From: Camelus ferus
Taxonomy: Eukaryota
NCBI RefSeq assembly: GCF_009834535.1
Contig: NC_045696.1
Location: forward strand, 10,852,001-10,916,000
Length of the DNA: 64,000 nt
Reading direction: 5' to 3'
Shown here: positions 1 through 12,594 of the stretch, one piece after another
Layout: every line of letters begins with the position of its first letter
How positions within the stretch are numbered: the stretch's first letter is position 1
Translations under genes and position numbers: made by a program
Notes under the pieces: generated by a model
The model's input: only the letters and a program-made list of their open reading frames with translations
Database searches by the model: none
Told to the model about the DNA's origin: nothing

Positions 1-1057
1 GGACAGTTTTATTTTTACCTTTACAGTTGGATTCAATCGGCTGGGCTCAGTATGAGTGTGTGGCTGATACGAAGGTTCTGAAGGAAAAATAGCAGTGAGT
101 AATTATTTGTGATTGTTTGCTATACCTGCAACCACACGGACACCTTTGGAGCATAATGCTGTTGACAACAATAAAATACGAGAGAGCTGTGCAACCCTCT
201 GGGGAGAACCCAGAGCCGGAGGAGGGCGCTCCCCTTGCTCCAGGCCCCGGCTCTGCCAGGTTCATTAGGACACCTCGGCCTGGAGCCCTTCACCATCTGC
301 CAGGCGGTGACTTGGCTTTGCCCGCTTTTCCAGGTTCAGCTTCTGAGCTGGGAACAGAAGGGCTGAAAGGCCACGTGCAGCAGGCAAGCAGGGGTTAGTT
401 CCCCTGTTATCTCGGATGCCTGTGGCCTCCTCTCTTCTCATCCTTTGTACCCTTCTTAGTCTTAGCTCTGAGTGAAAGATCTGATTCCATGTTTGCGCTC
501 TCCCGTCATTTTAAGTAGTCGGGTTTCTCCTGTTCAAATCTGAAACCTTATCTCTTAAATAGATGGTAGGATGTTGAAGCTATTGTTCACTCATGAAAGT
601 ATGAGGACACAGATGGGGTAGTGGAGCCACGGGCACTGGTGACCAGGCCTGCCAGGGCCCCAGGTCTCAAGGCTGCAGGGACCTCCAGGGGCCATCCTGC
701 TTGGCCTTCAGCTTTCAGCCTCGAGGCAGAAAAGGTGATGGGCCTGGTGACTGCCTAGTTTGTCAGTCCACTGTGGGGGACCACTGGGGGCAGCACCAGG
801 CCCCAGGCCCCATCTCCTGGTGGAGTGAACTCCTCCCTGTAATGGGCTAAACAGCAATCAGTTTCCGTGGGGTTTGTGATGTTTAGAACTGCGGCATTTA
901 GAGGGAACGTTAAAATAGGAGTTGACTATATACAAGCTGTCATCAAACAGGCCTGGCCCACATGGACAAAATGAAGAGAGTGGATTAAATGACTTCTGGG
1001 GTCCTTTCTCAGCTCTCCAATTCTGAGAATTCATAACAGTAAGGTTAAAGGCTGCTT

Positions 1058-1280
1058 TGGAGTTTGGGATAAACAGACACACACTACTATATATAAAATA
1101 AACAACAAGGACCAACTGTAATAACAGGCAACTCTATTCAATTTCTTGTAATAACATACAATGAAAAGGAATCTGAAAACATATATAGGTATGTATATGT
1201 ATAACTGAATCGCTTTGCTGTACACCTGAAACTAGCACTGTAAATGAACTACACTTCAATAAAAAAAATAAAATTAAAAA
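1058..1280 (+). mobile_element. L1 3'UTR terminal fragment (cetartiodactyl type) with A-rich tail
   Basis: Typical L1 3' end text ...ataactgaatcgctttgctgtacacctgaaactagcactgtaaatgaactacacttcaataaaaaaaa. Confidence 0.75.
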
Positions 1281-1295
1281 AAAATACTGCTTTTA

Positions 1296-1584
1296 GTGTA
1301 AATACAGGACAGAAATAGACTCATAGACAGAGAATACAGACTTGTGGTTGCCGGGGGGGTGGAGGGTGGGAAGGGATAGACTGGGATTTCAAAATTGTAG
1401 AATAGATAAACAAGATTACACTGTATAGCACAGGGAAATATACACAAAATGTTATGATAACTCACAGAGAAAAAAATGTGACAATGAGTGTGTATATGTC
1501 CATGAATGACTGAAAAATTGTGCTGAACACTGGAATTTGACACAACATTGTAAAATGATTATAAATCAATAAAAAATGTTAAAA
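1296..1584 (+). mobile_element. Young 5'-truncated L1 3' end with target-site duplication
   Basis: TSD AAAATACTGCTTTTA at 1281-1295 and 1585-1599; AATAAA plus A tail; nearly identical copy at 41825-42036. Confidence 0.85.
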
Positions 1585-2131
1585 AAAATACTGCTTTTAA
1601 ATGGAGAACGTCATCTAGCTTCCTGCCGCCTGGCACTTCCTACATTCCACTTCCTCAACTAGAAAATTTTCTGCTTCCTCCGCACCCCGACTCCAACCCC
1701 ATTCCTTATGCCCTTTGTCTCCAAGTCTTATTATTTCCTCCTTCAAGTTATTTCACAAGTCTTTAGCATCTCCTTTCAGTCATATTCCTCCCACACACCT
1801 CCTGTCTCTTCCTTCACCATCTCAGGTCCCCTCTTACATGCATTAATATAAGACAACCTTGACCTGCCTAAAATGTCACTTCCATCATGTCCTGTTCCAC
1901 TCTACTACCACCACCACCACTGCACCCCCCCCCCACACCATGCTCTGGCCCACTCCCCTGCTCCCTCGCCCTTCTTCCTGACTCCCCAGCTCCAACCAAC
2001 CCTCCTCTCCAGTCCAGGCTGCCAGGACGACCCCCTCGAGCTCACCAAACCCTGCTCACTCTTGGCCAGGTGTTTGTTCACACTGTTTTTTTCCCCTGAG
2101 CATTCTTTCCCCTTCCCCACACCTTTACAAG

Positions 2132-2510
2132 TGTTATGGGCTGAATTATGCCCCCCCCCCACAAGTTCGTATATTGAAGTCCTAACCCCAGAACCTCAGA
2201 ACTTGAATATATTTGGAGACTATGTTTTAAAGGGGTAATTAAGTTAAAATGAGGTCACATGGGTGGCCCCTAATCTAATATGCCTGGTGTCTTCATAGGA
2301 AGAGGTGACTAGAACACAGGCATGCACAGAGGGAAGACCATGTGAAGACATGGGGAAAAGACAGCCACCTACAAGCCAAGGAGAGAGGTCTCAGAAGAAG
2401 TCAATTTTGCTGATACCTTGATCTTGGAGTTCTAGTCTTCAGAATTGTGAGAAAATAATTTCTGCTGTTGAAGCTGCCCAGTCTGTGGGCCTTGTTACAG
2501 CAGCCCCCAC
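2132..2510 (+). mobile_element. MaLR solo LTR (MLT1A/B-like)
   Basis: Starts tgttatgggctgaattatgcccc; contains ccaaggagagaggtctcagaagaa...gataccttgatcttggagttctag...gtgagaaaataatttctgctgttgaagc. Confidence 0.75.
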
Positions 2511-3261
2511 ACCCACACAACAGGATGTTTCATTCACCAAAGGATCAGTGTGAGTCCCACATTCTCCGACTCCTCATCTCCACCCTGTTCTCCCCTTTCT
2601 CTGAATATCCTGATGGGACTATTGAAGCCAGTCAAGGAAAGAAGTGAGGATAGGAGGGGGGTGGGAAGTAGTGATGAACCAAGAGCTACAATGGATTACA
2701 GGTCCAGGTTGGGTCAAAAATCATGGGCATTGGGTGTTCCAAAGACCAGAGGTCATAGTTGGAGACTGGGATGAGCAAGAATGGCAGCTACTGGTCAGGA
2801 CCAGTAGTCATGCCCAGTGGTGTGCTCTTAAACTGACACTGAAGAAGCTGCACTTATGCTCAGCCCCTCAGAGGCCAGTTGTTGCAATTCTCTAATTATC
2901 CCACTTGTTTGGGCGGCTCCAAGCTATCACCCTCACTATTCCGTACAAAGATGCCTCCAGTGGGGCAAGGAAAAGGAGATTTGTCAAAGCGCTCATCCAT
3001 TCGGGGCTACAAGTTGAGGATGAGGGCTGAAAAAGAGAAGTTTTAGGGAGCACAAGGGGCTGATTTATACTCCAGTGATAGACACTGGGGATACGGCAGA
3101 GAAGAAGAGAACCAGTGCCCTCAGTGAGCTTACCTACTCGTGGGGGTTGGAAATGCTCCCGGGTCCACATCTATTCCCACAGTAAAGTGAAAATAAGGCA
3201 TGGCACATCCTCAGTCCAGCTCAGGAAAGTCTATTTTGAAGTTAGAAATAGGTCAAATGGT

Positions 3262-3432
3262 GGGGGAGGGTATAGCTCAGTGGTAGAATGCACGCACTTA
3301 GCACGCACGACGTCCTGGGTTCAATGCCCAGTACCTCCATTAAAATAAGTGAAAAAACAAATACACTTAATTACCTACCCCTCCAGAAAAACATTTAAAA
3401 TTATTTTCAAAAATTTAAAAAATTTTGAAAAA
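3262..3432 (+). mobile_element. tRNA-derived SINE (camelid Vic-1-like)
   Basis: Head gggggagggtatagctcagtggtaga (A box) ... ctgggttcaatgcccagt (B box); AT-rich tail; TSD AGAAATAGGTC(A/C)AAT at 3244-3258 and 3433-3447. Confidence 0.85.
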
Positions 3433-3479
3433 AGAAATAGGTCCAATAAATCTTACATCTTTCAAATATAACTCTCTTG

Positions 3480-5000
3480 TTGTCATAAAAAAAACCATAC
3501 TGAGGTAGTCCCTTATGGACTGATAAGAAACAGACTTCAGAAATGCTAAGAAAGAAGCCAGGGACACAACAGTATGTAGAGTGTGTTTCCATGATGTAAA
3601 TAAAAATGGGTGAACACACACACACATACCTGCCCACACGCATGCTTGAACTTGTATCTTAGAATAATTCTGGAAGGTTATATAAGAAACAGGTAGCACT
3701 GATTAACTCTGAAGAGGGGAACTGAAGGACAGGGTGAGAAGAGAACCTACTTTTATTGTATTTTCTTTTTTTAACTCTTGGCATTTTTATCACACATGTA
3801 ACTTTTTTAATTAAAAAAAACTAATAAAAAGTTAATATCCATACTTGGAAGGAGTATAATCAGTTTAACTTTTCCTCTCATATTGTAGTCAAACCAAAGT
3901 CCATATGGAATAAAATTGTTAAATTTTTAAGAATTAATTATATATTGCAATCATCAATGAATAAATTGATTCGGTCAAGAGCTATCAATGGATATCAAAG
4001 CCGGTGGGTCAAAGTTTGTTGGGGGAACAGGAGAGTCACACAGTCTCAAAGTCTCACCCCTTTTTAATTGTGGAAGAAAATTTGACTTGATCTCTGGGTG
4101 AGGAAGGATGTTTTCAAGCATAAGATCAAAAGAAGAAATTCACACCCCTCCTCCACAAATTAAACAGATCTGATTGCAAACAAATTCAAATTTTCTTTCC
4201 TGCAAGAATATTCCACTGTCAGCTTAATAAAAAGTAAACTACATTTCAAAAATAACTACTATGAATATGGCAATGAGTTAGTATATGTTTTATATAAAAA
4301 GCTGATACAAATTGACTTAAAAAAAATAAGACCTCAACAGGAAAATGGACAAAGGAAAAAGATATTTCACAGAACAGATGACAATATGAAAAAAAGTCTT
4401 ACCCAATCATTCACCAAAGTAATGCCAAGTGAAACGAAATTGCATTTTTTACTTTTCAAATTAGCCAAAATTCAAAATAGGAGTGTACTTAAAGTTACAG
4501 GCACTCTCACTGAGGCTGGAGAAAATACAAATTAGTTCAAATGTTCCAAAAAGAATTAGCCAGTGTATATCGAGAATTAAAAAACAGTTCATATACATCA
4601 ACTCAATAATTCAACTTCTATGACACTCATCTAGATAAATAGGCCAAATACAGATAAAGCTTTATATCTAGAATATTCATCATATCATTGTCTATAACAG
4701 GCAAAAAACTGGAAGGGGCTCAAACATCCAGTGACAAGGAAATAGTTAACTATAATACTTCCTTAAAATAGACCATTTTGCAGCCAATAAAATCAGGCTT
4801 TTGTTTTTTTTTTTTTTGTTTTTGGTGAGATAATGGTAAGTCAAAATAGCAGCAAACAAAACCATACAGTATGATGCATACTTGGATTTTTTTTAAGAAA
4901 ACCATTAAAAAAGAATTGAAAGATTAACAATGATCATCTCTGTGTAGTGAGATTATATGTGATTTTTATGTTCTTATTTATACTCCTTTGACTTTCCTAA
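3480..5000 (+). mobile_element. Ancient degraded L1M (L1ME/MC-like) fragments
   Basis: A-rich strand bias and decayed L1 3' motifs such as gaaaatggacaaagg and gatcatctctgtgtagtgagattat; boundaries approximate. Confidence 0.5.
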
Positions 5001-6247
5001 ACTTTTTTTTAAATCATGATTTTAGAATAGACAAGTTTATGTAATAATGGTAATAACAGCATAAAAGCTAACATTTATTGGGCATTTCTTTTGTGCCAGG
5101 CACATTTCCTGTATAGTTTCATTTATAGATAATCCTGTGTTGGAGGGATTCTCGTTACTTCCGCTTTGCAGAAAAAGAGACCAAACTCCATATTAGTTCC
5201 AGAAACCAAACCCGGCAGTCTCTCTTCCAGAGTCCGCATGTTTGAAGAATTTTAATTGATGAAGGCGAATGCTCCTAATGATTAAAATTATGACAGATTT
5301 TTGTAATGAACAGAAAAATATTGAGAACAAAATGTTAACGGTGGTTATCTCTGGGGATGGAATTTGGGGTGATTAAAATATTTTTATTTCTATTTCTATT
5401 TTTGAAAATAGTCATAGATTACCTTATTGATAAAGGAAAATAATAAAAATATTTAGTAGGAATATTATGGCTTAATTCAGAAAACTAACATCCATGGAAA
5501 ACATATTAATTAGAAAAATATTTTGAGTTCCAAAAATTTAAAAACACAGCCCCTTCATAGACAGGTGGCCATTTTTGACAACCCAATATGCTTATACAGC
5601 AGAGTAATAGCACTTTTTCAATATTTACCAAGTACTTCTTTATAGTTACCAAAGTGCTAGCACAACTTTTTGAACTTAGAATTATCTCCATTAATGTCTA
5701 TTGATGAAAAGTGATCGAAGACTAAAAGAAATTTTTGGAAATTCTAGAAAAAAAGTTTTTTTTTAATTAGAAGCACAATGACGTAACAAATTAAGCATCT
5801 CATAAGGTGAATTGATTCCTAGCTGAGTCATACGGAGACCTAAAGCTGCACTATTATTCAGATTCTTTCCAAGACAGTTGGATGAAGAAAGCCTGTGAAG
5901 AGAGACCATCAAAGAGAAGGAGAGCAAATTCCATTTTCAAATCCAAAGTTAGGGCCAAAGACTACTTGCTCAGAAAGGCGTCTGCTTCCCGTTGTGTTTC
6001 AGTGAAGTGTTTGCTGTAATTAAGTAAACCCTCTCTTCTTTCACTCACTCTCTTTCCTTCCTAGTTCTAACTCAGTCACAAGCCTCAGGGGACCATCAGC
6101 ATCTCTCCTTCCTCAGTTAATAGAAGTTGGACCACTTCTAATTTGGCTTCTTATTTTGGGAAAGCTACTGGGAAAGCTTGGGCACCTCCTAGGGGAGCCG
6201 GCTAGCTTGTCAAAAAGCCTGTAAATCTGGTTTGGTTTGCAGAGAAA

Positions 6248-6263
6248 CACTGCCATCTAGTGC
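6248..6263 (-). promoter_or_regulatory. Candidate CTCF binding site
   Basis: Reverse complement GCACTAGATGGCAGTG closely matches the CTCF core CCACYAGRKGGCRS; motif match only. Confidence 0.45.
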
Positions 6264-6829
6264 ACGAAAAAGCAATGCTTCTGTTTATTTTCCTGAGCTA
6301 ATGGTGGATTAAATGTGTATAGCACCATCTCACTTTTAAGCTGAATTACATTTAAGCTTTCCCGGGAAAACTTTTGATCTTCTTCCTACTTTAAAAGTTG
6401 TACTTCAGTGAATTGAAAAAAAAAAAACATGTAAGTGGGCTCTTCTTTCCTACGGAAATCACCAGAAACATAAGATGGACAGGAAAGGGGAATAAAAATA
6501 TTTTCAGTTCGTGATCGATCCGCTGTTTCCCCCATTATTACTGGTACTTTCCCCATTTTTATTTACATGTTACGATTCCTTTGTCAAAAGCTTCACCTAA
6601 TTCAGTCCCATTCAGACTCAGATTACATAGATGCTCATATTAGCAAACTTCCTGATCTGGGAGTCTGGTAATCTTGTTTTGGAAATATGCTATTAAGAAA
6701 TGACTTTCAAAATAGAGATGAACTGATAACCCAAAACTCAGAGTAAAGGCTTAAGATTTTTGACAGCCAAATTTGGAATGCCGAGCATTATCAGGTATGC
6801 CCTGATGGACTGTGGCAAAGCAACCTTAC

Positions 6830-9800
6830 AAAGTTTAGAATAAAAATAGAAGATGTGTGATTGGGATAAAAAACAAATCTATTATGTGGAGAAAATGACG
6901 AAAACAAATCTAAATATACTGAAAATAAAATTAGTATGGATCAAAGTATCCCATTAAAACAAGTTAGATGAAAAATGTAGCTATATGCTATTGACAAAAG
7001 ATAAATTCAAAACATATGGATAAGAGATTAGTCAAAGAAAAATGATGAATAAGGACATAAGAGAAAAATACATAAACCAAAAATATCTAAGATAGCCATA
7101 TTAATTATAGGCAAAATAACAATAAAGAGGGTAACTACCATTCTGATATAAAATTGAATTTACTAAGAAAGCATGACAATTCTAAACTTCAAGGCATCAC
7201 TTAAAATAGCATCAAAATATATAAAGCAATGACTGGGAAAAAAGGGGAATCCATGACATTAAATGGGAACCCAAAAGACTAAGGGTAGCCAAGCAATCTT
7301 GAAGAAGCTCAAACTGAGATCTATTTATAAGTGACCTGTTACAAGGCTATAGTAACTAAGGTGGTATGGTATTGGCACAAAAATGAATAAACCAGTGGAA
7401 CGGAAAACTGAATCAAGAAAGAGAACCACATATATGAAGTCATCTGATTTACGAAAAGCTGATGCTGGGACAGGTGAATTTAAAAAATATCTTGATCTCT
7501 ACCTCACTTCTAACATGAAAATCAATTCCAGATTGATTGCAGCTTAAATATGTTGTACTGAACCACATGAAACTGCTGCCCTTTTTTGCAGGTTGAATAT
7601 TGGTAATTTCATACAGTGCAACCACTAAAACAATAAAGCTTTTGAAATAGAACATAGGAGAAAATTTTCATGATATTGAAGTAGGCAGAGATTTATTAAA
7701 CTGACACATAAAATGCGATAATCATAAAGAAATAAAATAGGTAAATTAAAATACCTTTCAGTTAAGAACTCTGTTCTTCAAAGGACACTGTTTAGAGGGA
7801 AGAGGTAAGCCAGAGACTGGGAGAATGTATTTAAAATACATGCACTCAACAAAAGACTTATATCTGGATTATGTAAATATCTCTTACAAAGTGGCTTTTT
7901 AAAAGCTAGGAAACCCAATAGAAAAATGTGCAAAGTTAGGGACAGTCATGTCATTTCACATAGAAGATATCCATCAAATAGGTATGAAGAAAAGGTTAAC
8001 CAAGACCATAGTTCCATACTAACATACACCCACTAGAAGGACTAAAATGAATAAGACACTACCAAGTGTGGACAAAGACAAAGACAAACTGGAACCTTTG
8101 TATGTTCCTAGTAGGAGTGTAAAATGGTTGAACCATTTTGGAAAACTGGCCATATGTACTAAAACTGAAACATATATGGACTCTATGACCCAGCAATTCT
8201 GCCCCTAGGCATGTATTCAACAGAAATGTATACATATATTTACCAAAAGACACTCATAAGAATGTTCATGATCTCATGTTTGTTCTAGTCAAAAACTGGA
8301 TATAACCCAAATGTGCATCAGTAAGAGAATGGATAAATAAATTGTGTTATATTCACACAATGGAATAACGTACAGCAGTCAGTGAGAATGAGTCATCTCT
8401 AGTTATTCAAATGAATGGATATTGTAACCATTATGCAGATTACAAGAAGCGAATAAAATACAAAAACAATGTTTCCAGCTCTCTTCCTCGGCGCTACCTA
8501 CGGAGGCGGCAGCCATCTCCTAGTCGGCATCATGGCCACCCTCAGACCCCTCGTGAAGCCCAGGATCGTCAAAAAGAGGACCAAGAAGTTCATCCGGCAC
8601 CAGTCAGACCGATATGTCAAAATTAAGCGGAACTGGTGGAAACCCAGAGGCGTTGACAACAGGTTGCGCAGGAGGTTCAACGGCCAGGGCTACGGGAGCA
8701 ACAAGAAAACAAAGCACATGCTGCCCAGCGGCTTCCGCAAGTTCCTGGTCCACAACGTCGAGGAGCTCGAAGTGCTGCTGACGTGCAACAAATCTTACTG
8801 TGCTGAGATTGCTCACGTCTCCTCCAAGACCCGCAAAGCCGTTGTGGAGAGAGCAGCCCAGCTGGCCATCGGAGTCACCAGTCCCAACGCAGGCTGCGCA
8901 GCGAAATTAATGAATAGACAGCTCGTGCACATTGTATTTGTGTTAATAAAACCATGAAACTAAAAAACAAACAAACAAACAAACAAACCAATGATTCCGT
9001 ATACATAAAGTCCAAAAACTGGTAAAAATCAATCTAGGGTGTTAAAATTCAGAACAGTGGTTACCTAGGACGAGGGGGAAAGGGACTTCTGAGGTGCTGA
9101 TAATGTTTTTTCTTCCTTGATCTGAGTCCTGGTACAAAAGCATATTCATTTTGTGAGAATTCATGGAGCTTATACACAATTAAGATATGAAAACTCTGTT
9201 GCAAGAATGTCTTACTTCAGTAAAAATTTGCTTAGTCTAACAAATGACGCACAAGAGTTCTAGTGGAAATATCTCAAACTCTATTAAAAGACATTGAAGA
9301 ATATTCAGATAATGGAAGTATATGCCATGTTCACAGATATTACTATTTGAATTCTCTCCAAATTTAACTCTAAATTTGCCTGTGGCAACTAACTAAAGAT
9401 TTGCCTAAAGATTAAAAAAGCTTTAGGGGGTTTTCTGGGAGACAGAAAAAGCTAGATCTAAAATTTTCAGAGGAGCATGGGTCTAGGGTAACCAGTACAC
9501 TCCTGGAGAAGAGAAATAAAGTGATAGAGAACTTACTGGGCTTTAAATTAATTTAGGCAATTTGATAATGACACAGGGATAGACAAATTTGCCAGGAGAA
9601 TGGTATAGAAAGCAGAGACAATCTCATAGACATAGACAGAAATATTATGTTTGCATACCAATAAATGGAACTGGGAAAACGAGTTATTCGTATAAAAATA
9701 GATGCCTAAGTCATATCATGCTGAAAGTTAGTTATAGATAGATTAAAAACTCAAATGTGAAAAGCAAAACTTTAAAATGTTCAGGAGAAAATATGAAGAC

Positions 9801-9830
9801 ATATCTTTAAAACTTCAGATTAGGGATGGA
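6830..9830 (+). mobile_element. Old L1M ORF2/3'UTR fragments, interrupted by the RPL32 retrocopy
   Basis: Decayed L1 motifs: gccaagcaatcttgaagaag, ggtggtatggtattggcac, tatgacccagcaattctgcccctagg, gaatggataaataaattgtg. Confidence 0.7.
8479..8984 (+). pseudogene. RPL32: RPL32 (60S ribosomal protein L32) processed pseudogene
   Basis: 5' TOP ctctcttcctcggcgc; ATG 8532 [35 protein letters not shown]; intronless; lacks ILMPNI (18 nt) and one N codon versus canonical RPL32; 1-nt frameshift near 8890 before the original TAG (8915-8917); AATAAA 8945-8950; A/(AAAC)n tail; imperfect TSD AAA(A/C)CAATG(T/A)TTCC at about 8463-8476 and 8985-8998. Confidence 0.96.
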
Positions 9831-9839
9831 CTCTGGGGC

Positions 9840-10030
9840 TGGCCCCCTGGCTTCCAATCCCAGCTCTAGGATTCACTAGTTATAAGAACCTGGACAAGTT
9901 ACTCCCTGTTCTTTATTTCCACATTGGAAAAATAAGGATAATACTAGCACCTATCATAGAGAGTTGTTGAGAGGATTACATGAGTAGTATACAGAAAGTG
10001 TTTAAAACACTGCCTGGCACTTACTAAGGG
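9840..10030 (+). mobile_element. MIR SINE
   Basis: aatcccagctct...cctggacaagttac...aaaataaggataatactagcacctatcatagagagttgttgagaggattacatgag...cactgcctggcac. Confidence 0.7.
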
Positions 10031-11769
10031 CTATTGGGTTTTTGTTACTGTTATTATGACTAGTTGTGTAGAAGTAGCTACACCTAGTTACAAGGGACAG
10101 GCAGGCATTCTCAACTTGGCAGATCTATGCCTAACAAAGTTCAGAAATTTTAGTAACTAAAGGAAAAGAATATTCAATAGTGGAAGGAAGCAAAGAAGAA
10201 GAAAAAGCAACAGAAAAACATAATAGAGGACAGATTAAGAGTTCAGGATCCACTCCTATCAAAAAGCAAACATAGGTAAATGAGTTGAATTACTCTATTA
10301 ATCATTTTATCTGTGTGCATCCCCCCCCTACTTACCTTCAAGCTGCCCCCACCAAGAATCGGCTCCACGGGGTGTACTTTGTCTTCTCGCTGCTCTACCT
10401 CCACATTCTGAAATGCGCCGTGCATCGTGCATCGTGGATGCCCAATAGAAATTCTTTGATCAAGGGAACAGAATCTCCAAACTTGATGGTGCAAACATGG
10501 GTGGTTTGATGTGCTCTTTGTCTATTCAGAAGCACATTGTCTGGTAAAATGCCACAGAGATCAGACACAGAGCAAAACAGAGTCTTCTTGGAGGTCCAGT
10601 AGACTTTGCAGTAAATCTTTTACGCTCATCTGTTACAACAAGTATTTATGACTTCCCGGAGTTTTTAAAATAGTTCTTTAATTTCACAGTCTTTTTACTA
10701 CATGTTCCTAAAACGTAGAAAAGCTGCAATGTACAGAATTATGATTCACCTGCCCAAACAAATAACATTATGCAGCTACAACATTTTGTGGTTTTGCCAT
10801 AAAGGTGTGTTTTTTTCCTGCAGTAATTTTACTACACCATTCTTTTTATTAGAAGATTTATTACTGTCATTCTCATTTTATCAGCCAGTAGAACACATTT
10901 GCAGCATTTCCTGTTTTTGCAAGTGATATTTAAAATACTGCAAAATTGATTTTTTAAAAAATTCTGTGAACCATGACCCTACATTTCATTTCTAACTGAC
11001 CAAGTAGCAGCATTACTTTGCCACCTAAAGCCAGTAGGATTCCATGAGTTCATAAAAACATTAGTTTGGGCAAGCCACACAAATGGTACTTCTATGATCT
11101 GAAATATCCAGGGTTTACTATTCCCCACTCCCACCCCAATAAACTTAAAGGATTTAAAATAGACACCCCGATGACCATTTGAGGGCTACATATTAGGAGA
11201 AATCAGTCAGAATCAGGACGAGGTTGACTAACAAGTGCAGTTGGTCTGTCTTTCCATCCTCTTGACTAGTTGGACCCCCCTCCTCCTCTCAAGACAAGAA
11301 GCTAATTTTTGTTTCTGGTTTCATCCTATCAATGTCTGGCTTATAACAAAAGTAATCTTATTGCTTCACAGATAGTGTTTCTAACAGACATTAACTTTTC
11401 GTCAATCGTTTGGAACTTCGGTAGAAATGAGATAAAGCGAATATGAGAACCCCCTCTAACATAACAGAGTTCATTAAGGTAAGTTTTGCTGGTAAACATT
11501 TGGCGTGGCAGGGTTTAAGGTCTGATTCCCTGAGCATCCAGTATCACCATCCAGTAGGTGGAGTATTTGGTCAGAAATCTATGGGCTGTAAGTGATGTAG
11601 GAAGAAGGTTCCAGATTCATGGTCCACATGGTTTCAGTTCTTATCTTATTTGATCTCTCTGCCCTTTTGAACACTATTTACTCTTATCTCATTTAAGAAA
11701 GGATTTAGGATAAGGTTAGCATCTTTTGAAATGTAATAGGTTGATATTTTCTGACTTCTTCAATTACTT

Positions 11770-11824
11770 CTTTTTTTTTTTTACAGTTTTGAGATATAAT
11801 TCACATACTATACAATATGCCTAT

Positions 11825-11867
<43 letters not shown>

Positions 11868-12590
11868 TTTTTGAATGAAGGTAGATTTATTCAGAGAGAT
11901 ACATTGAAAGGCAAGAGCAAGGCCACAAGGTGTAGGGGTTGGGTGCTCAGATTAAAAGTAGGTACACATTCCATAGACAGAATGCGGACCGTCTCCAAAG
12001 AGGGAGAGAGAGAGGGGCCAATATGCCCTTATAAAATGCAAAATTCAATGGTTTTAGTATATTCACAGAATTGTATATCCATCACCCTGATCAATTTTAG
12101 AAACTTTTCATCACTCCAAAAAGAAACCCACACCCCCAACCCCTAGCCGTAGGCAACCACTAATCTACTTTCTTTCTCTATAGATTTATCTATTTTGGGT
12201 ATTTTATATAAATGGAATCACACCATATGTAATACTTTCAGTCCAAATTCTTTCACTTAGGTAGTGTTTTTAAGGCTTACCCATATTGCATCATGTATCT
12301 CATCCCTTTTTATTGCCAAATGATATTCCATTATATAAATATACCATATTTTATTTATCCATTTGTCAGTGGATGGATAAAGACTATATGGGTTGTCTTC
12401 ATTTTTAGGGTATTATGAATAATGATGCTAAGAACATTCATGTACAAGTTTTTTTGGGAATATGTGTCTTCATTTTTCTCATATACCTAACAGTGAAATT
12501 GTTGGGTCATATTGTAACTCTGTATTTGATCTTTTGCAGAACTTCCAGACTGTTTTCCCAAGTGGCTGCACCATCTATCACTTCTTACCT
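11770..12590 (-). mobile_element. Old L1M 3' end on the minus strand, host of a nested insertion at 11822-12018
   Basis: Poly-T at 11771-11782 then gagatataattcacatac...ggcaaccactaatctactttc...gaataatgatgctaagaacattcatgtacaagttttt. Confidence 0.8.
11822..12018 (-). mobile_element. Retroposed polyadenylated sequence with LTR-like character, (TAAA)n tail and TSD
   Basis: TSD CAATATGCC at 11813-11821 and 12019-12027; minus-strand AATAAA (plus 11886-11891) 13 nt before the tail; body resembles neither L1 nor the tRNA SINE. Confidence 0.7.
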
Positions 12591-12594
12591 TATG

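Noticed and set aside
1..400. Acceptor-like ttttacctttacag at 13-26 and a 93-aa ORF
   Set aside because: No recognisable protein, convincing donor or partner exons within the window.
3262..3340. tRNA-like sequences with A and B boxes (also at about 14752, 15890 and 33415)
   Set aside because: They are diverged, followed by AT-rich tails and flanked by TSDs, so they are SINE heads and not tRNA genes.
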